DNA of 64,000 bases, from the NCBI RefSeq assembly GCF_022045235.1, contig NW_027266265.1, positions 25,296,001 to 25,360,000 of the forward strand, given 5' to 3'. The translations under genes were made by a program, and so were the position numbers. Each line of letters starts with the position of its first letter. Positions within the stretch are counted from its first letter, which is position 1. Of the stretch, positions 37,528-47,535 are shown one piece after another. Source of the DNA: Haliotis cracherodii (Eukaryota). The notes below the pieces were generated by a model that saw only the letters and a list, made by a program, of their open reading frames with translations, was not told the origin of the DNA and did not search any database.

Positions 37528-40500
37528 CAGGGAACGGCTATATCGAGGGCACGGAGCTGGATCAGTTCCTGTACGAGCTCGTGACCAGCGTCAACGTCCA
37601 GGATGTAGGCCCAGAGGTGAGTCGGGTAGTCTACCAAAAACTCATCCCCAACAAATAAACATATCCGGTTTTTTTTTATCGATGTTACGCCATTGTCACA
37701 AACACACACACTCCCTTCATACCAACATCTTAGGGCAGTGGGGTAGCCTAGTGGTTAAAGCGTTCGCTCGTCACGCCGAAGACCCGGGTTCGATTCCCGA
37801 TGTGGGTACAATGTGTGAAGCCCATTTCTGGTGTCCCCCGCCGTGATATTGCTGGAATATTGCTAAAAGCGGCGTAAAACCAAACTCACTCACTCACTCA
37901 CTCACTCTCTCTCTGCCATCTGCTGTTGGGATACAGTAACGGCTCTCGTCTGAAAAGAGGTCTCTTCTCCACTGCTGGGGGCGCCAATGCTGGTGCTGTG
38001 TTGCCCACTGAAGACGGTCCCGGCGATGACGTGATGTCAGAATGGGTCCTCGGTGTGGCCTGTGACAGTGGAGGTATCTGCTCAATCGTCCGTACTAATG
38101 TGTCGCTGGTGTGTCGCATAATCTGCCGAGCAGTTTCCGCAGCAGTAACAAAGTGATCTTGAAGATGCTGTGGCACAATCTGACGATCATGACGCCGAGT
38201 TGTGACCCTTGGTCTTCCACTACGTGGTCGTTCATCTGTAGTGTTGGTGGTATGGTATCGTTGCTGGAGCCTGTATGTGGTCCTTACGTGGTCTTGAAAT
38301 GCATTGGCTACTTGCTCGGCGGTTTGTCCAGCTTGCAATCGTCCAAGGGCTTGGTTCTCGCTGATTTCTTGTCAATCTTGGCATGTGGTAGCAATTCAAC
38401 AACGAATAAATGTTATCCGATCTGGATGGATTTCTATAGGGCAAAAAATGGGGGAACGCATGTGCATTCAATTTGTACGGAACTCACGTGCATCGGGTTA
38501 CCATGGCCGTTGACGTGATGCGTTTGGGCGATCGGTTTTATTGTCGTCTGCTTTGTTTTTATCATCAAATGACCCAGATATTTAAATGACAACTTTTCAT
38601 GCAATGTTACATGGGGTGACGTTTCTTTTGCGGTTCAGTATATAAGTCGATGCCTTCGATCTCACCTTCGATCAACTATTTCATCATTGGACTCTTTCGT
38701 GTCCACGGGGGCACGGGTGGACCAGTCGTCTAAGGCGCCGCGATTCGCTGTGCAGAGTTGCGTCCCTTGGGCACGCCAGACACCTATGATTGTTGGTTCG
38801 AATCCCGGTTCGCCCCGATTATGTTTCTAGGTTTGTCAGCACCATACCCGTGCTCGTGGGTTTCACCGAAGTGGTAAACGTCTGCGACCTACATCACTTC
38901 GGGCTTTCCTCCCACATTAAGCTGACACGCCGTGATATGACCGGAACATTGTTAAAAGCGGCGTTAAACCTAACTCACTCACTCACTCACTTTCGTGTCC
39001 ATTTAAATCTGACCCCTTCCCTACAGGAAGTGATAGTACTTCCGACACTGAATCCTTCCCTCAGGAGAATGTGTATTACAACACATGTAATATGTTTCCT
39101 GAACATGTACCGCTGCTTGATCATTTTTATGGCACATATTTATGTATATACATAACTATGCATACGTACACACACACACACGGACACACACACACGCGCG
39201 CGCGCGCGCACGCACGCACACGCACACGCACACGCACACACATAGATTCTTACATCTCTCGCAAACCATGTGTTGGGCTTCGATTTAAAGTTTTCGTTTG
39301 GGCATCCTTAATTTCAAATTCTAGTAAATGCTCCACATACTGTATTTTTAAAAGCGACATTAACCTTGAAACAATAATCGACATTCCAACCTCCTTCTCC
39401 TTTAAATTACTTTACTTTAGGACATCTTGTAACCACCTGCCAATAGAAATTAGAAGATGGAAATAGAAAGTTAAAATTGTAAAAACTCTGTCCGTCGCCA
39501 TGGACTGTTTGTACCTCATATGCCGATGCTCTCGGCCAGAGAAAAATAAAGTTCTGTTCTGTTCTGAGGTTAACCCAGTGCCACGCAAGCGCAATATTAT
39601 TGCACAATATTCACTTTTCAGATCTTATGAAAAAGTGCGTCAGAACAATAACTCGGCATCATGACCTCTCTTTGGGCCATGCATGAACATGTTATTGCTT
39701 CATTGTTCATTATACTTTGTTAAGCTTTAAATAAGTTAAACGCGTGTTTATTGAAAATTGTGTACTAAACATACACGTACTAAAATAAACGCAACATGTA
39801 TAGATAGAATAAATACACATTATATACATGTATATATAACATATACACATGACGTCACACGCTGAGTTCACGAGTAGTTACGTAATACTTTGAGCACTTC
39901 GGCATGCATTGATCATATACACGGCGTTCTATATTGTCAACGTTGTCCTTGTAGTAGTTTAGCGTCCGTTTTGTGCACTGACGTTCATTAGTACACATTG
40001 TTCTTTCTTACCATATGACGTCTTTTGTTTGCGAGTTGTTCATTGGTATTGTTTTGTATTTTGAGTTCATTTTTCGTATGCAAACATACTCCTCCGTACT
40101 ACTGCTCTTGTTGCAGATTCATTTACATACCTATATCCGTTGTTATCAAGTAAACTAGACTGCAACAGCTGTCGCCATTGATTATTCCCTTCAAGTGTTA
40201 TTATGTCAGTAATTACTTGTTCCAGTTATCATCGCATTGATTAAACTTGGCATTAGTTCCACAAGACGTCATTTTACCGCCATAAAAACAGTGTTTACTA
40301 TATTGGAGACATTTTCCACAGCCGTGATGCTGTGATGTTGGATGTCGACCTTCTTTAGCTTGTCAAGTCAAGTCGGAACAAGTACCGGCCACAAACTAGC
40401 AGTCCAGTCCGTCCACCATTATGCAGATGACAATGTCTGCTGATGCAGGCTAATGATTTTCAAGCTAAATCGAAAAAAATCAATGAAGGCACAAAGCCCA

Positions 40501-40987
40501 GTAGACCACAGTAGCCTTTACGAGTCAGTGATCGTATGTTACTTCCATCAACCAGGTAGTGTCGTCCAATATACGTGAATATATATATTGATTATCAAGC
40601 GAGGACTTCTGTTACTGTGTCATCTGGTATGTTATGTGTATATATGTGCACACTATCTCCACACCTATATGTTGACCCCAACTCATAATCTATATACAGA
40701 AAATATACTGCAACTTATGTTATTACTGAGGAAAGTATCGGTTGAGCTTTCCAAGTAACACGTAACTTGGCTTATGATGGCTCATCAAAATATAGGAGCT
40801 TGTCAACACATGACGAGCTTCATTGAAACTTGCAATTGCAGGAACACTTACCGTCATTATCGTAATGGTTCCATACATCCATAAACTGAGTTGCCGATAT
40901 TTGTTTCAGATCTCTTGTTTTTAAATCCCTGAACTGACGTAGGAAGTTTGCTGCAGGTTTGGCAGCATGTGGCTGTTTGTGCGCCAT
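12074..40987 (-). CDS. Cbp53E: Calbindin-32/calretinin/secretagogin-family hexa-EF-hand calcium-binding protein, 11 coding exons, 311 aa
   Basis: Exons 40987-40852, 32434-32349, 28805-28716, 22079-21993, 21650-21594, 21245-21162, 15314-15259, 13924-13879, 13141-13085, 12756-12685 and 12238-12074 are all GT-AG with compatible phases and sum to 936 nt. Family motifs: [80 protein letters not shown]. Confidence 0.93.
12361..12583 (-). mobile_element. SINE-like element, family A (GACCCGTGAAG...CTTGTCGTAAGAGGCGACTA...GCGTTAAACAACAA)
   Basis: Homologous to the copies at 20812-21082, 46643-46901 and 62066-62319. Confidence 0.85.
12685..12756 (-). CDS. Cbp53E: Calbindin exon 10 (DHNESIENDELHGFLKDLMELVQE)
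   Basis: cacag| ... |gtgagc, 72 nt. Confidence 0.9.
13085..13141 (-). CDS. Cbp53E: Calbindin exon 9 (SASKLTKEDVEQVFALYDR)
   Basis: cacag| ... |gtaagt, 57 nt. Confidence 0.9.
13285..13412 (-). mobile_element. Degenerate fragment of SINE family C (RUDI/V-like)
   Basis: Reverse complement aligns to 38790-38920. Confidence 0.55.
13540..13709 (+). mobile_element. tRNA-derived SINE, family B, with (ACTC)n tail
   Basis: A/B boxes (tagtctagtgg, ggttcgattcc). Homologous to the copies at 32070, 37733 and 43601. Confidence 0.9.
13879..13924 (-). CDS. Cbp53E: Calbindin exon 8 ([15 protein letters not shown])
   Basis: ttcag| ... |gtgagt, 46 nt, phase 2-0. Confidence 0.9.
14020..14772. repeat. (ACT/ACC)n low-complexity repeat spanning two assembly gaps
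   Basis: Seen directly; N-runs inside. Confidence 0.9.
14790..14930 (+). mobile_element. 5'-truncated SINE, family C
   Basis: Near-identical to 38844-38990. Confidence 0.85.
14928..15215. repeat. 43-bp minisatellite (ctcttacctccgaccctactgtcctgctggtgtttccgcgttt), ~6 copies
   Basis: Tandem periodicity. Confidence 0.9.
15259..15314 (-). CDS. Cbp53E: Calbindin exon 7 (LQMFDRNKDGKLQLSEMAK, EF4)
   Basis: ttcag| ... |gtaagt, 56 nt. Confidence 0.92.
15400..17842 (-). mobile_element. Academ DNA transposon remnant (internally deleted, disrupted)
   Basis: HGLTKSREIIDVMHKDGLGISY, DNDDFKSDTLTG..HHT, FHFQMSF..GSGISD..GSVNQALQGKHFKRGVR, XPG-like HVLTxCDHNSGFYRIGRK, and LAPDSDSLRHH..ANY..SPIGHGW. Putative terminus TAGCAGTTGGGTATAG at 17842. 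Confidence 0.75.
17950..18700 (-). mobile_element. Old LINE RT remnant (may extend to ~19700)
   Basis: INENHAGFQ..YLTFVDFQKAL.TVDR..SVKPCV; heavily degraded. Confidence 0.65.
18725..19175. repeat. ~32-bp minisatellite (tgtgacgtgaggacactgacctctgtaacaga)
   Basis: Tandem periodicity. Confidence 0.95.
19862..20811. repeat. 27-bp minisatellite (ccagtagttatctgttcttactRcata), ~33 copies, derived from the exon-6 donor region
   Basis: Tandem periodicity. Shares ttcttactacatacca with the exon 6/intron 6 boundary. Confidence 0.95.
20812..21082 (-). mobile_element. SINE family A with ~15-bp TSD (cgtaYcaatgtatgt)
   Basis: Family homology. TSD at ~20800-20814 and 21082-21096. Confidence 0.9.
21162..21245 (-). 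CDS. Cbp53E: Calbindin exon 6 (NFLYDLLKQSKKEREVSEEQLITYADTM)
   Basis: tacag| ... |gtatgt, 84 nt. Confidence 0.9.
21594..21650 (-). CDS. Cbp53E: Calbindin exon 5 ([19 protein letters not shown], EF3)
   Basis: tccag| ... |gtacaa, 57 nt. Confidence 0.93.
21993..22079 (-). CDS. Cbp53E: Calbindin exon 4 ([29 protein letters not shown])
   Basis: ttcag| ... |gtaggt, 87 nt. Confidence 0.93.
23180..28445. repeat. 47/48-bp minisatellite (ggtggtagttggaggtagtgctggttgtagctgtcatgtatgtacat), ~110 copies, in intron 3
   Basis: Tandem periodicity over ~5.2 kb. Confidence 0.97.
28716..28805 (-). CDS. Cbp53E: Calbindin exon 3 (VVSQAALDDAKDLMLNAFDENGDGKIDITE, EF2)
   Basis: cacag| ... |gtggga, 90 nt. Confidence 0.92.
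29760..30638 (+). mobile_element. Degraded Tc1/mariner remnant with one TIR
   Basis: SVVVWGGF and FVFQEDN motifs, plus a duplicated PAMSP-like segment. End tatcccctactt..gagtata is shared with 31745-31775. Confidence 0.6.
30690..31775 (+). mobile_element. Degraded Tc1/mariner remnant with one TIR
   Basis: GRTRSTT..RIIRNQALRNR and EHVWDMIGRR. TIR-like end at 31745-31775. Confidence 0.55.
31020..31062. repeat. Poly-G tract (G-quadruplex capable)
   Basis: Seen directly. Confidence 0.9.
32070..32232 (-). mobile_element. tRNA SINE family B in intron 2
   Basis: Family homology. Imperfect TSD ccaa(c)atctYagg on both flanks. Confidence 0.9.
32349..32434 (-). CDS. Cbp53E: Calbindin exon 2 (GNGYIEGTELDQFLYELVTSVNVQDVGPE)
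   Basis: tgcag| ... |gtgagt, 86 nt, phase 1-0. Completes EF1. Confidence 0.93.
32782..34302 (-). mobile_element. Full-length but inactivated Tc1 transposon (DD34E-type) with both TIRs
   Basis: TIR cacacgcaaaagaaacgcaagt / acttgcgtttcttttgcgtgtgagta. MPRLTQIQRNQVIGRL start at ~34016, then GGPSVMVWAGI, FQQNNA and SPDLNPIEHLWDE. Stops and frameshifts present. Confidence 0.9.
35030..36915. repeat. 64-bp minisatellite (gatcctgaataccccgtccagaaacaatgactataacaggcctctgacactggacagactgcat), ~29 copies
   Basis: Tandem periodicity. Confidence 0.97.
37459..37523. repeat. (CT)n microsatellite at the insertion junction
   Basis: Seen directly. Confidence 0.95.
37531..37616 (+). pseudogene. Inverted duplicate of calbindin exon 2 (identical 86 nt, AG and GT retained)
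   Basis: Exact reverse complement of 32349-32434. Confidence 0.93.
37733..37907 (+). mobile_element. tRNA SINE family B within the duplicated block
   Basis: Family homology. Confidence 0.9.
38707..38990 (+). mobile_element. Full-length tRNA SINE family C (RUDI/V-domain-like)
   Basis: A/B boxes, ctttcctcccaca core, and gcggcgttaaac(actc)n tail. Confidence 0.85.
39168..39242. repeat. (CA)n/(CG)n alternating purine-pyrimidine microsatellite
   Basis: Seen directly. Confidence 0.9.
40852..40987 (-). CDS. Cbp53E: Calbindin exon 1 ([21 protein letters not shown]...WNHYDND)
   Basis: Kozak-like ACGATGG, donor G|gtaagt, phase 1. Confidence 0.9.
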
Positions 40988-41832
40988 CGTCTCTGTTGGT
41001 ATCAGCGTCGATCTCAGCAACTCCAACCTAACAACTCAGCACAGGCAGGGCGATACCTGGGATGAGCATGCGCACACGAGGCGATCGATAGGAAGCAAAT
41101 AACGTAACAGGTGTTCTCCTCCATTTGTGTCTAATCATACTGAAGAAACTAATACTGGGCGCACTTCCATTTCCAATCGTCTCTAGGAAGCTCTCCGTGT
41201 ATAAAGAGTCGTCATCAATAGTGAGAATAAACAGAGGTCATTCATAGATTAAGTGTTGGACATGTTGAGATATTCGGTCAAACAGTGGCTCGAGGGTGCT
41301 TCTGATCGTCTCGCGTTTATTGACTATTGCAATTATGATTATGAAACGGTAGTCGGTGTGTCGATAGCAGTATCAGCCCCGGGATGATAAAACGCCGGCC
41401 GAGCCTAATCGATCTGTGCCGTTGTCGGGTCCAGGTAAACGCCGGCTGCTCTTCGGGGATATTGTCCTCATTCAATCGACCTGTCCTACGCGTTTTGTTG
41501 CGGTCCCGGTGAGCAACATGTAGCGCAAGGACGCATCACGTGTATAATAATGGTATTGATTGTTATGAAGCATGAAAAAGCCATGGACATATACACAAGA
41601 CAGCATGTGGGCTTCCATTGGAATAGAACCAGCAATGTCAGTAACAACTCCGGCAGGGAATTTGCATTCCGTCCTTTTTTTTCTTATCCTCGCCCATCTA
41701 CATGAGCGAAGTCCGACTGCTATTGGCGTCTAATCAGCTATTCCATTCCATTTCCATTACAATAACATTTAGCATCTCAGGTAAGTGAGTGTTAATTTGT
41801 CAACTGAAGATAAGTTACGTTCTTATTCGGTA

Positions 41833-42203
41833 TATACTGAACACCAAAAGAGACGCGAATCATGTGTATAATTACTGTGCTTTGTCAGAGAAAAGAACTC
41901 GCCTTCATCAGTCAACATGGTTCAAAGCCCACTGACGTTTCTTCTGAAGATGACGTTGAGTCAACTCTGGATCTCATGCTGGTACCCTGCAGCAAACAGT
42001 CCTACTGTCAAACCACGCCTCGCGGTGTTAATGGTGATAGGCATTACATGGATTCCAATGGTGTTTCGCGCAGTTTCACGGGCCGAAAGGCGGCATTATT
42101 GGTGGCCACTGTTATTCATATGCTGGTCTTCACATGCTTTCTCTTGGTTCTATTTTCACATAAATATTTTATGATGTTTTCGCGTTTCTTTTGGTGTTCA
42201 GTA
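41833..42203. mobile_element. Tc1-family MITE (non-autonomous) ~0.85 kb upstream of the calbindin ATG
   Basis: TIR tactgaacaccaaaagaRacgcgaa / ttcgcgtttcttttggtgttcagta, flanked by TA. Confidence 0.85.
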
Positions 42204-43600
42204 TATATTGTCAGCATATACAACCCATTGTAATCTGTTACCGAAACACCGCCTGGCACTGCATGTTAGATTATTCTACTTAGGCACAAACTAATCTGCT
42301 GTGTGAAGGTGTATGAAATAAACTCCAACTGAGATATGCAGTATTGTAAAGATGTGTATACGATTCTCATAATGCTGAGTCTATACCTTATATATTGAGC
42401 GCGCAAGTCCGTCATGTACACTCGGTTGTAATGAAGTTACTATATGTTTTCGTGTTAACATACATGTAACATGACAATTTTAACATCTTTCAAATTGAAA
42501 CAAACTTCCTTTCTTCAATCGATGTGTTAATCTACAAACACTCATTGACATATAGCCACTGGCATAAGGGGGTGTTTGTTCAGTCGCTAAGGCTCTGAAG
42601 AGAAGAGTTTCAGAGGGATCGGTGTCTGGCATTGATGAAACCAGGTGCTCTGATATTGTTCCCGCCGGTCGATAGTCCGATGTGTGAGACTGATAGTGAA
42701 TAAGCGTTAAATACAACAAGTTCTTCCTTATTGTCTAGTTGGACTGGCCAGGTCACCACGCACCCTGTCAAAGAGGGCTACTTTTGAAGCTACTTCTGCC
42801 GCTCCTCCAACAAATACCTACTCGTAAATCTATGTGTTCATACGAACTAGAATTCATTTTTAGGTCTGAATATTTCGTTTGGCTATAGGTTTATTGCAGT
42901 TGGGCTACTTTGGTATTTAATGTGTATTTTCAACTTAACCTCGTGTTGTAATTTACATTGTTGCCAAATGTACATGTAATGTAAAGTTAACAAGCCCAAT
43001 CTAAATAACATCGCTGTATTATGAAATAACTGCGTCACCTTAGGGACAGGTACAGCCATAGACTTAGTGAACTCTTTCTTTCTACCGGCAATCTAATGTT
43101 TACACTTCATGAGAAAAAAGAAACAAGGATAAAAATAGGAATATAGAATCAAGAAAACAAGATTGAATTTCATGTTTTTATCACATTTGAGATTCAAAAA
43201 GCTTATAATATTCACAGTTTATCTCCATTTTTGAAAGTACACACCTGTGAGAGTCTGTCTTATCGACAATAAAATAACATCGGGATTTTTTAATTGACCA
43301 CATTTGATCACATTTGATCACGTTAACAGTTAACATTAACACTATATGCCCACTAGCTAGCTCCATCATTTCATATACCATCAACATATTGTAACATTCT
43401 CAAGTCAATTTACTTTCTGGCATATTCAAAACCAATACATTATGCCGGTTCTACATTGCTATATACTAACGTATGCGTCCACATTCACCTTACACCATCA
43501 CATTAGGAGTTCTTTGTTTAAAACCAATATTACAACCTGATTCCCAAGTTGAATCGCGAAGGTAAACCCAGACACTTGTACTAACAGTACTACATTGTGA

Positions 43601-43762
43601 GGGAGGTCGGGTAGCCTGGTGGTTAAAGCGTTCGCTCGTCACGCCGAAGACCCGGGTTCGATTCCCGATGTTGGTACAATGTGTGAAGCCCATTTCTGAT
43701 GTCCCCCGCCGTGATATTGCTGGAATATTGCTAAAAACAACGTAAAACCATACTCAATCACT
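43601..43762 (+). mobile_element. tRNA SINE family B
   Basis: Family homology. Confidence 0.9.
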
Positions 43763-43803
43763 AAACTGTGCAATCAGTAAGTGTCACACAAGATCAATAT
43801 ATA

Positions 43804-44745
43804 TACTCATACGCAAAAGAAACGCAAGTCGAGTATGCAGTATACATGTTATTTATTTTCAACAGTAAAGACAAGAAATACTAATAGTGCCAGACTGACA
43901 AACATTTGACTGAAGACAGTTTAATGAAGGCAATTGTTTTTTTTAAAATGTTAAGGGCTTACACAGTTTCGGGTCAATACCCAAAATGTCAGTCAATACC
44001 TGGTGTGACCACCATTAGCATTGATCACTGGCACACACCTCCTGAACATTGAGTGGATCAGACGATTTGTGAAGGCCCTAGGGATCCTCCTGCACACATC
44101 CAGAGCAGCTGTGCGTTGTTCATCGGCAGTTGTAGGGACTGGGCACACATTGTGATGACGTCTTTTAACCTCATCCCACAAGTGTTCGATGGGGTTTAGG
44201 TCAGGGCTGAGGGCTAGCCACGGTAAAACACTGATGTTGTGTTGTTGCAGAAAGGCCATGGTAGCTCTAGCAACATGCTGGAAAATGTGTTGTTGATGTT
44301 GTGCACAAAATGGAACAACGTGGGGTCTGTTCACTTGGTCGATATACCGCTGAGCAGTGACGCCGTGTCCCCGACCTTGACCAACATTCAGAAAGCACAC
44401 GGGTCCAAGTCTCGCATTAAGTCCAATCCCTGCCCATATGATGACGCTAGGTCCACCCCATGAATCCCTTTCCACAACGATCACCTCGACGCCGCCAAAT
44501 TCTGACTCTTCCGTCTGCATGGGAGACACAAAAGCGACTTTCATCAGAGAAGATGACACGCCTCCACTCACGATGACGCCACTGAAGTCGTGCTTGCCGA
44601 TGCCGTGGTTCGAGAACAGGACGACGTGCTGGTCGGCGACATCTGAGGTTGCCACAGTGTTCCGGCTAATGTGTCGATTATGTGTTCCTATGGTCTGTCG
44701 AGCGGGTAATCTGCCGATCTTGTCGAGGTGTGGTGACCCAAGGGT
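43804..44745 (-). mobile_element. Truncated Tc1 copy, same family as 32782-34302
   Basis: TIR tactcatacgcaaaagaaacgcaag. ORF 43993-44655 contains WGGPSVIIWAGI and WLALSPDLNPIEHLWDE. Confidence 0.9.
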
Positions 44746-45279
44746 CCGATAATGGCAGAACGCCCTCTAGCAGTAAAGTCGGGAGGGCCCTGTGTCCACC
44801 AGAATATTAATGGTTATGCAATGTGGAATTATCACCTTTAAGTGACACAACACCTTTCGATATAAAAGGTAAGTATTCTTCACTAACACCATCATATTTT
44901 GGTAGCTGAACACTACAAACACAACTCAACCTGATTGTTAATGACATCCCGAGTGCCTGTGACAATACCTACAACTCGACGACAAACCTTAATCCTGTGT
45001 CTGAATCCAACTGGGACATCTGATTTCTTAAAGAACGAACTACCCGACTTCGAACCAGTCTGGGCAGTAGTAGCTGACCTTTCCTGACCTGAATTACCCG
45101 ACTGACCTCACCTGAAAGTACCTAGGAGAGTAACGGTACTGTCTCAAATTACCCTTGTCTGGAACCGAGTAAACATCTGCCAAGTTTGATGTCTGGGTAA
45201 CTGATAACCTTCTGTTTATCCAAAATAAGTCTTATGTATAAGTCAATATGTAACGTTTCCTTAACTTATGAAATCCTTG

Positions 45280-45965
45280 GCCAACATACGAGGTCAGGTC
45301 AACTGTGAGGGACATACGAGGTAGGCTGTGAGTCAACTGTGAGGGACATACGAGGTAGGCTGTGGGTCAACTGTGAGGTAAATACGAGGTCGGCTATGGG
45401 TCAACTGTGAGGGACATACGAGGTCGGCTATGGGCCAACTGTGAGGGACATACGAGGTAGGCTGTGGGTCAACTGTGAGGGACATACGAGGTAGGCTGTG
45501 GGCCAACTGTGAGGGATATACGAGGTAGACTGGGCCAACTGTGAGAGACATACGAGGTAGGCTGTGGTTCAACTGTGAGGGACATACGAGGTAGGCTGTG
45601 GGCCAACTGTGAGGGATATACGAGGTAGACTGGGCCAACTGTGAGGGACATACGAGGTAGGCTGTGGGTCAACTGTGAGGGACATACGAGGTAGGCTGTG
45701 GGCCAACTGTGAGGGATATACGAGGTAGGCTGTGGGCCAACTGTGAGGGATATACGAGGTAGACTGGGCCAACTGTGAGAGACATACGAGGTAGGCTATG
45801 GGTCAACTGTGAGGGACATACGAGGTAGGCATTGGGTCAACTGTGAGGGACATACGAGGTAGGCTGTGGGTCAACTGTGAGGGATATACGAGGTAGGCTG
45901 TGTGCGAGGTCGGGTCAACTGTGAGGCACATGCGAGGTCGGGTCAACTGTAAGGTACATACGCGA
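45280..45965. repeat. 32-34-bp minisatellite (caactgtgagggacatacgaggtaggctgtgggt)
   Basis: Tandem periodicity. Confidence 0.95.
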
Positions 45966-46642
45966 TCGGCTGTGGAGTTGTCATAGTGGCCTGTTGAGGA
46001 CAACCATTGTCTGAATGAGCATTATATTCCAGAAGCGAAATACCCTGTAGCCATGACATGTATATGTCTAGAATCACGCCATTGCCATAACTTATAATTA
46101 TCCCAGTTTATATCCCTATTGTATTGTACATTGACTGTCGGCCATCCTGAACGAGCTCTGCAACTATGTCACTTCTCATTATTACTATTGCTTATATTTA
46201 TGAGTTAGACCTTGGATAGATAAGCCTGGGTCAAGTGACGAAAATATGAAGGCTTTACTCTGAGCCTAGCTAGACTAGTTAGACAAGGAGATCTGGAGCA
46301 CCAACACAACAGCCACTACCACAATGTGCTGTCCTGGCACATAGTGCTTCATGTATAAAGAAACATGGTATATACCGCAAGCCACCAGACTCGGTGTTGT
46401 CACGTCCTACCGACAACCGTGCACCGACCGCTTGCCAAAAGGAGTATGCAAGTTATCAATTACCCAAATTATATGTGTCGCTAACGCATGCAGTCCACGT
46501 GTTGTTCGAGTCAACTTAAGTTATAGGATGATATAGCACGACAACATGTGTTAGTTCTCGTTTTCTATTTATATTCATGATCTAACAGATGAATTATTAA
46601 GTAATATTCCACTGTAAGTTCATTCGTGACTACATACTTGTA

Positions 46643-46901
46643 GACCCGTGAACATCCGGGTTGTTAGAGGCCTTCAGCAACCCATGTTTGTCGTAAAAGG
46701 CGACTTTGCTTGGGTTAAGAAGCGATTAACGGGATCGGGTGGTCAGGCTCGCTGACTTGTTGATGCATGTCATCGTTTCCCAATTGCGTGGATCGATGCT
46801 CATGATATCAGTCACAGGATTGTCTGGTCCATACTCGATTATTTATAGATCGCCATCATATTACTGTAATATTGCTGAGTGCGTTACACACCAAACAAAC
46901 A
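46643..46901 (+). mobile_element. SINE family A with 11-bp TSD acatacttgta
   Basis: TSD at 46632-46642 and 46902-46912. Confidence 0.9.
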
Positions 46902-46967
46902 ACATACTTGTATCACATGATTACACTATCGCTTGCTAGATAAATAGACGGAACACCATCGTCATTC

Positions 46968-47535
46968 ACCAACTGAACAAAAAGATCACTACCGTAAATG
47001 AAAGCTGAACAGAACGAACATCACCATCAATCCACAGCTGAACAAACCGATCATAACTGTCAATCTCCAGCTGAACAAAACAATCACAACTGTCAATCTC
47101 CAGCTGAACAAACCGATCATAACTGTCAATCTCCAGCTGAACAAACCGATCATTACTGTCAATCTCCAGCTGAACAAACCGATCATAACTGTCAATCTCC
47201 AGCTGAACAAAACAATCACAACTGTCAATCTCCAGCTGAACAAACCGATCATAACTGTCAATCTCCAGCTGAACAAACCGATCATAACTGTCAATCTCCA
47301 GCTGAACAAACCGATCATAACTGTCAATCTCCAGCTGAACAAAACGAACATCGCCATCAATCTCCAGCTGAACAAAACGAACATCGCCATTAATCACCAG
47401 CTCAACAAAACGAACATCGCCATGAATCTCCAGCTGAACAAAACGAACATCGCCATGAATCTCGCGCTGAACAAAACGAACATCGCCATCAATAACCAGC
47501 TGAACAAAACGAACATCGCCATTAATCACCAGCTG
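46968..47535. repeat. 33-bp minisatellite (cagctgaacaaaccgatcataactgtcaatctc)
   Basis: Tandem periodicity. Confidence 0.95.

Larger units (their letters stand above)
37033..38642 (-). mobile_element. Tc1 transposon with both TIRs, carrying an internal inverted copy of calbindin exon 2
   Basis: TIR tactgaaccgcaaaRgaaacgtcacc at both ends, flanked by TA. Transposase MPRLTRNQ..RSGRPRVTTRR..FSDESRY..ADGRERV is interrupted and resumes at GAIGLAQRVGPVVF. Confidence 0.88.

Noticed and set aside
37531-37616. Second calbindin gene on the plus strand
   Set aside because: Only exon 2 is duplicated; no other plus-strand calbindin exons were found.
41060-41210. NRF1/MRE-like gcatgcgcac and a TATAAA near the calbindin start
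   Set aside because: These are short motifs, the TATAAA is on the wrong strand, and the TSS is unknown.
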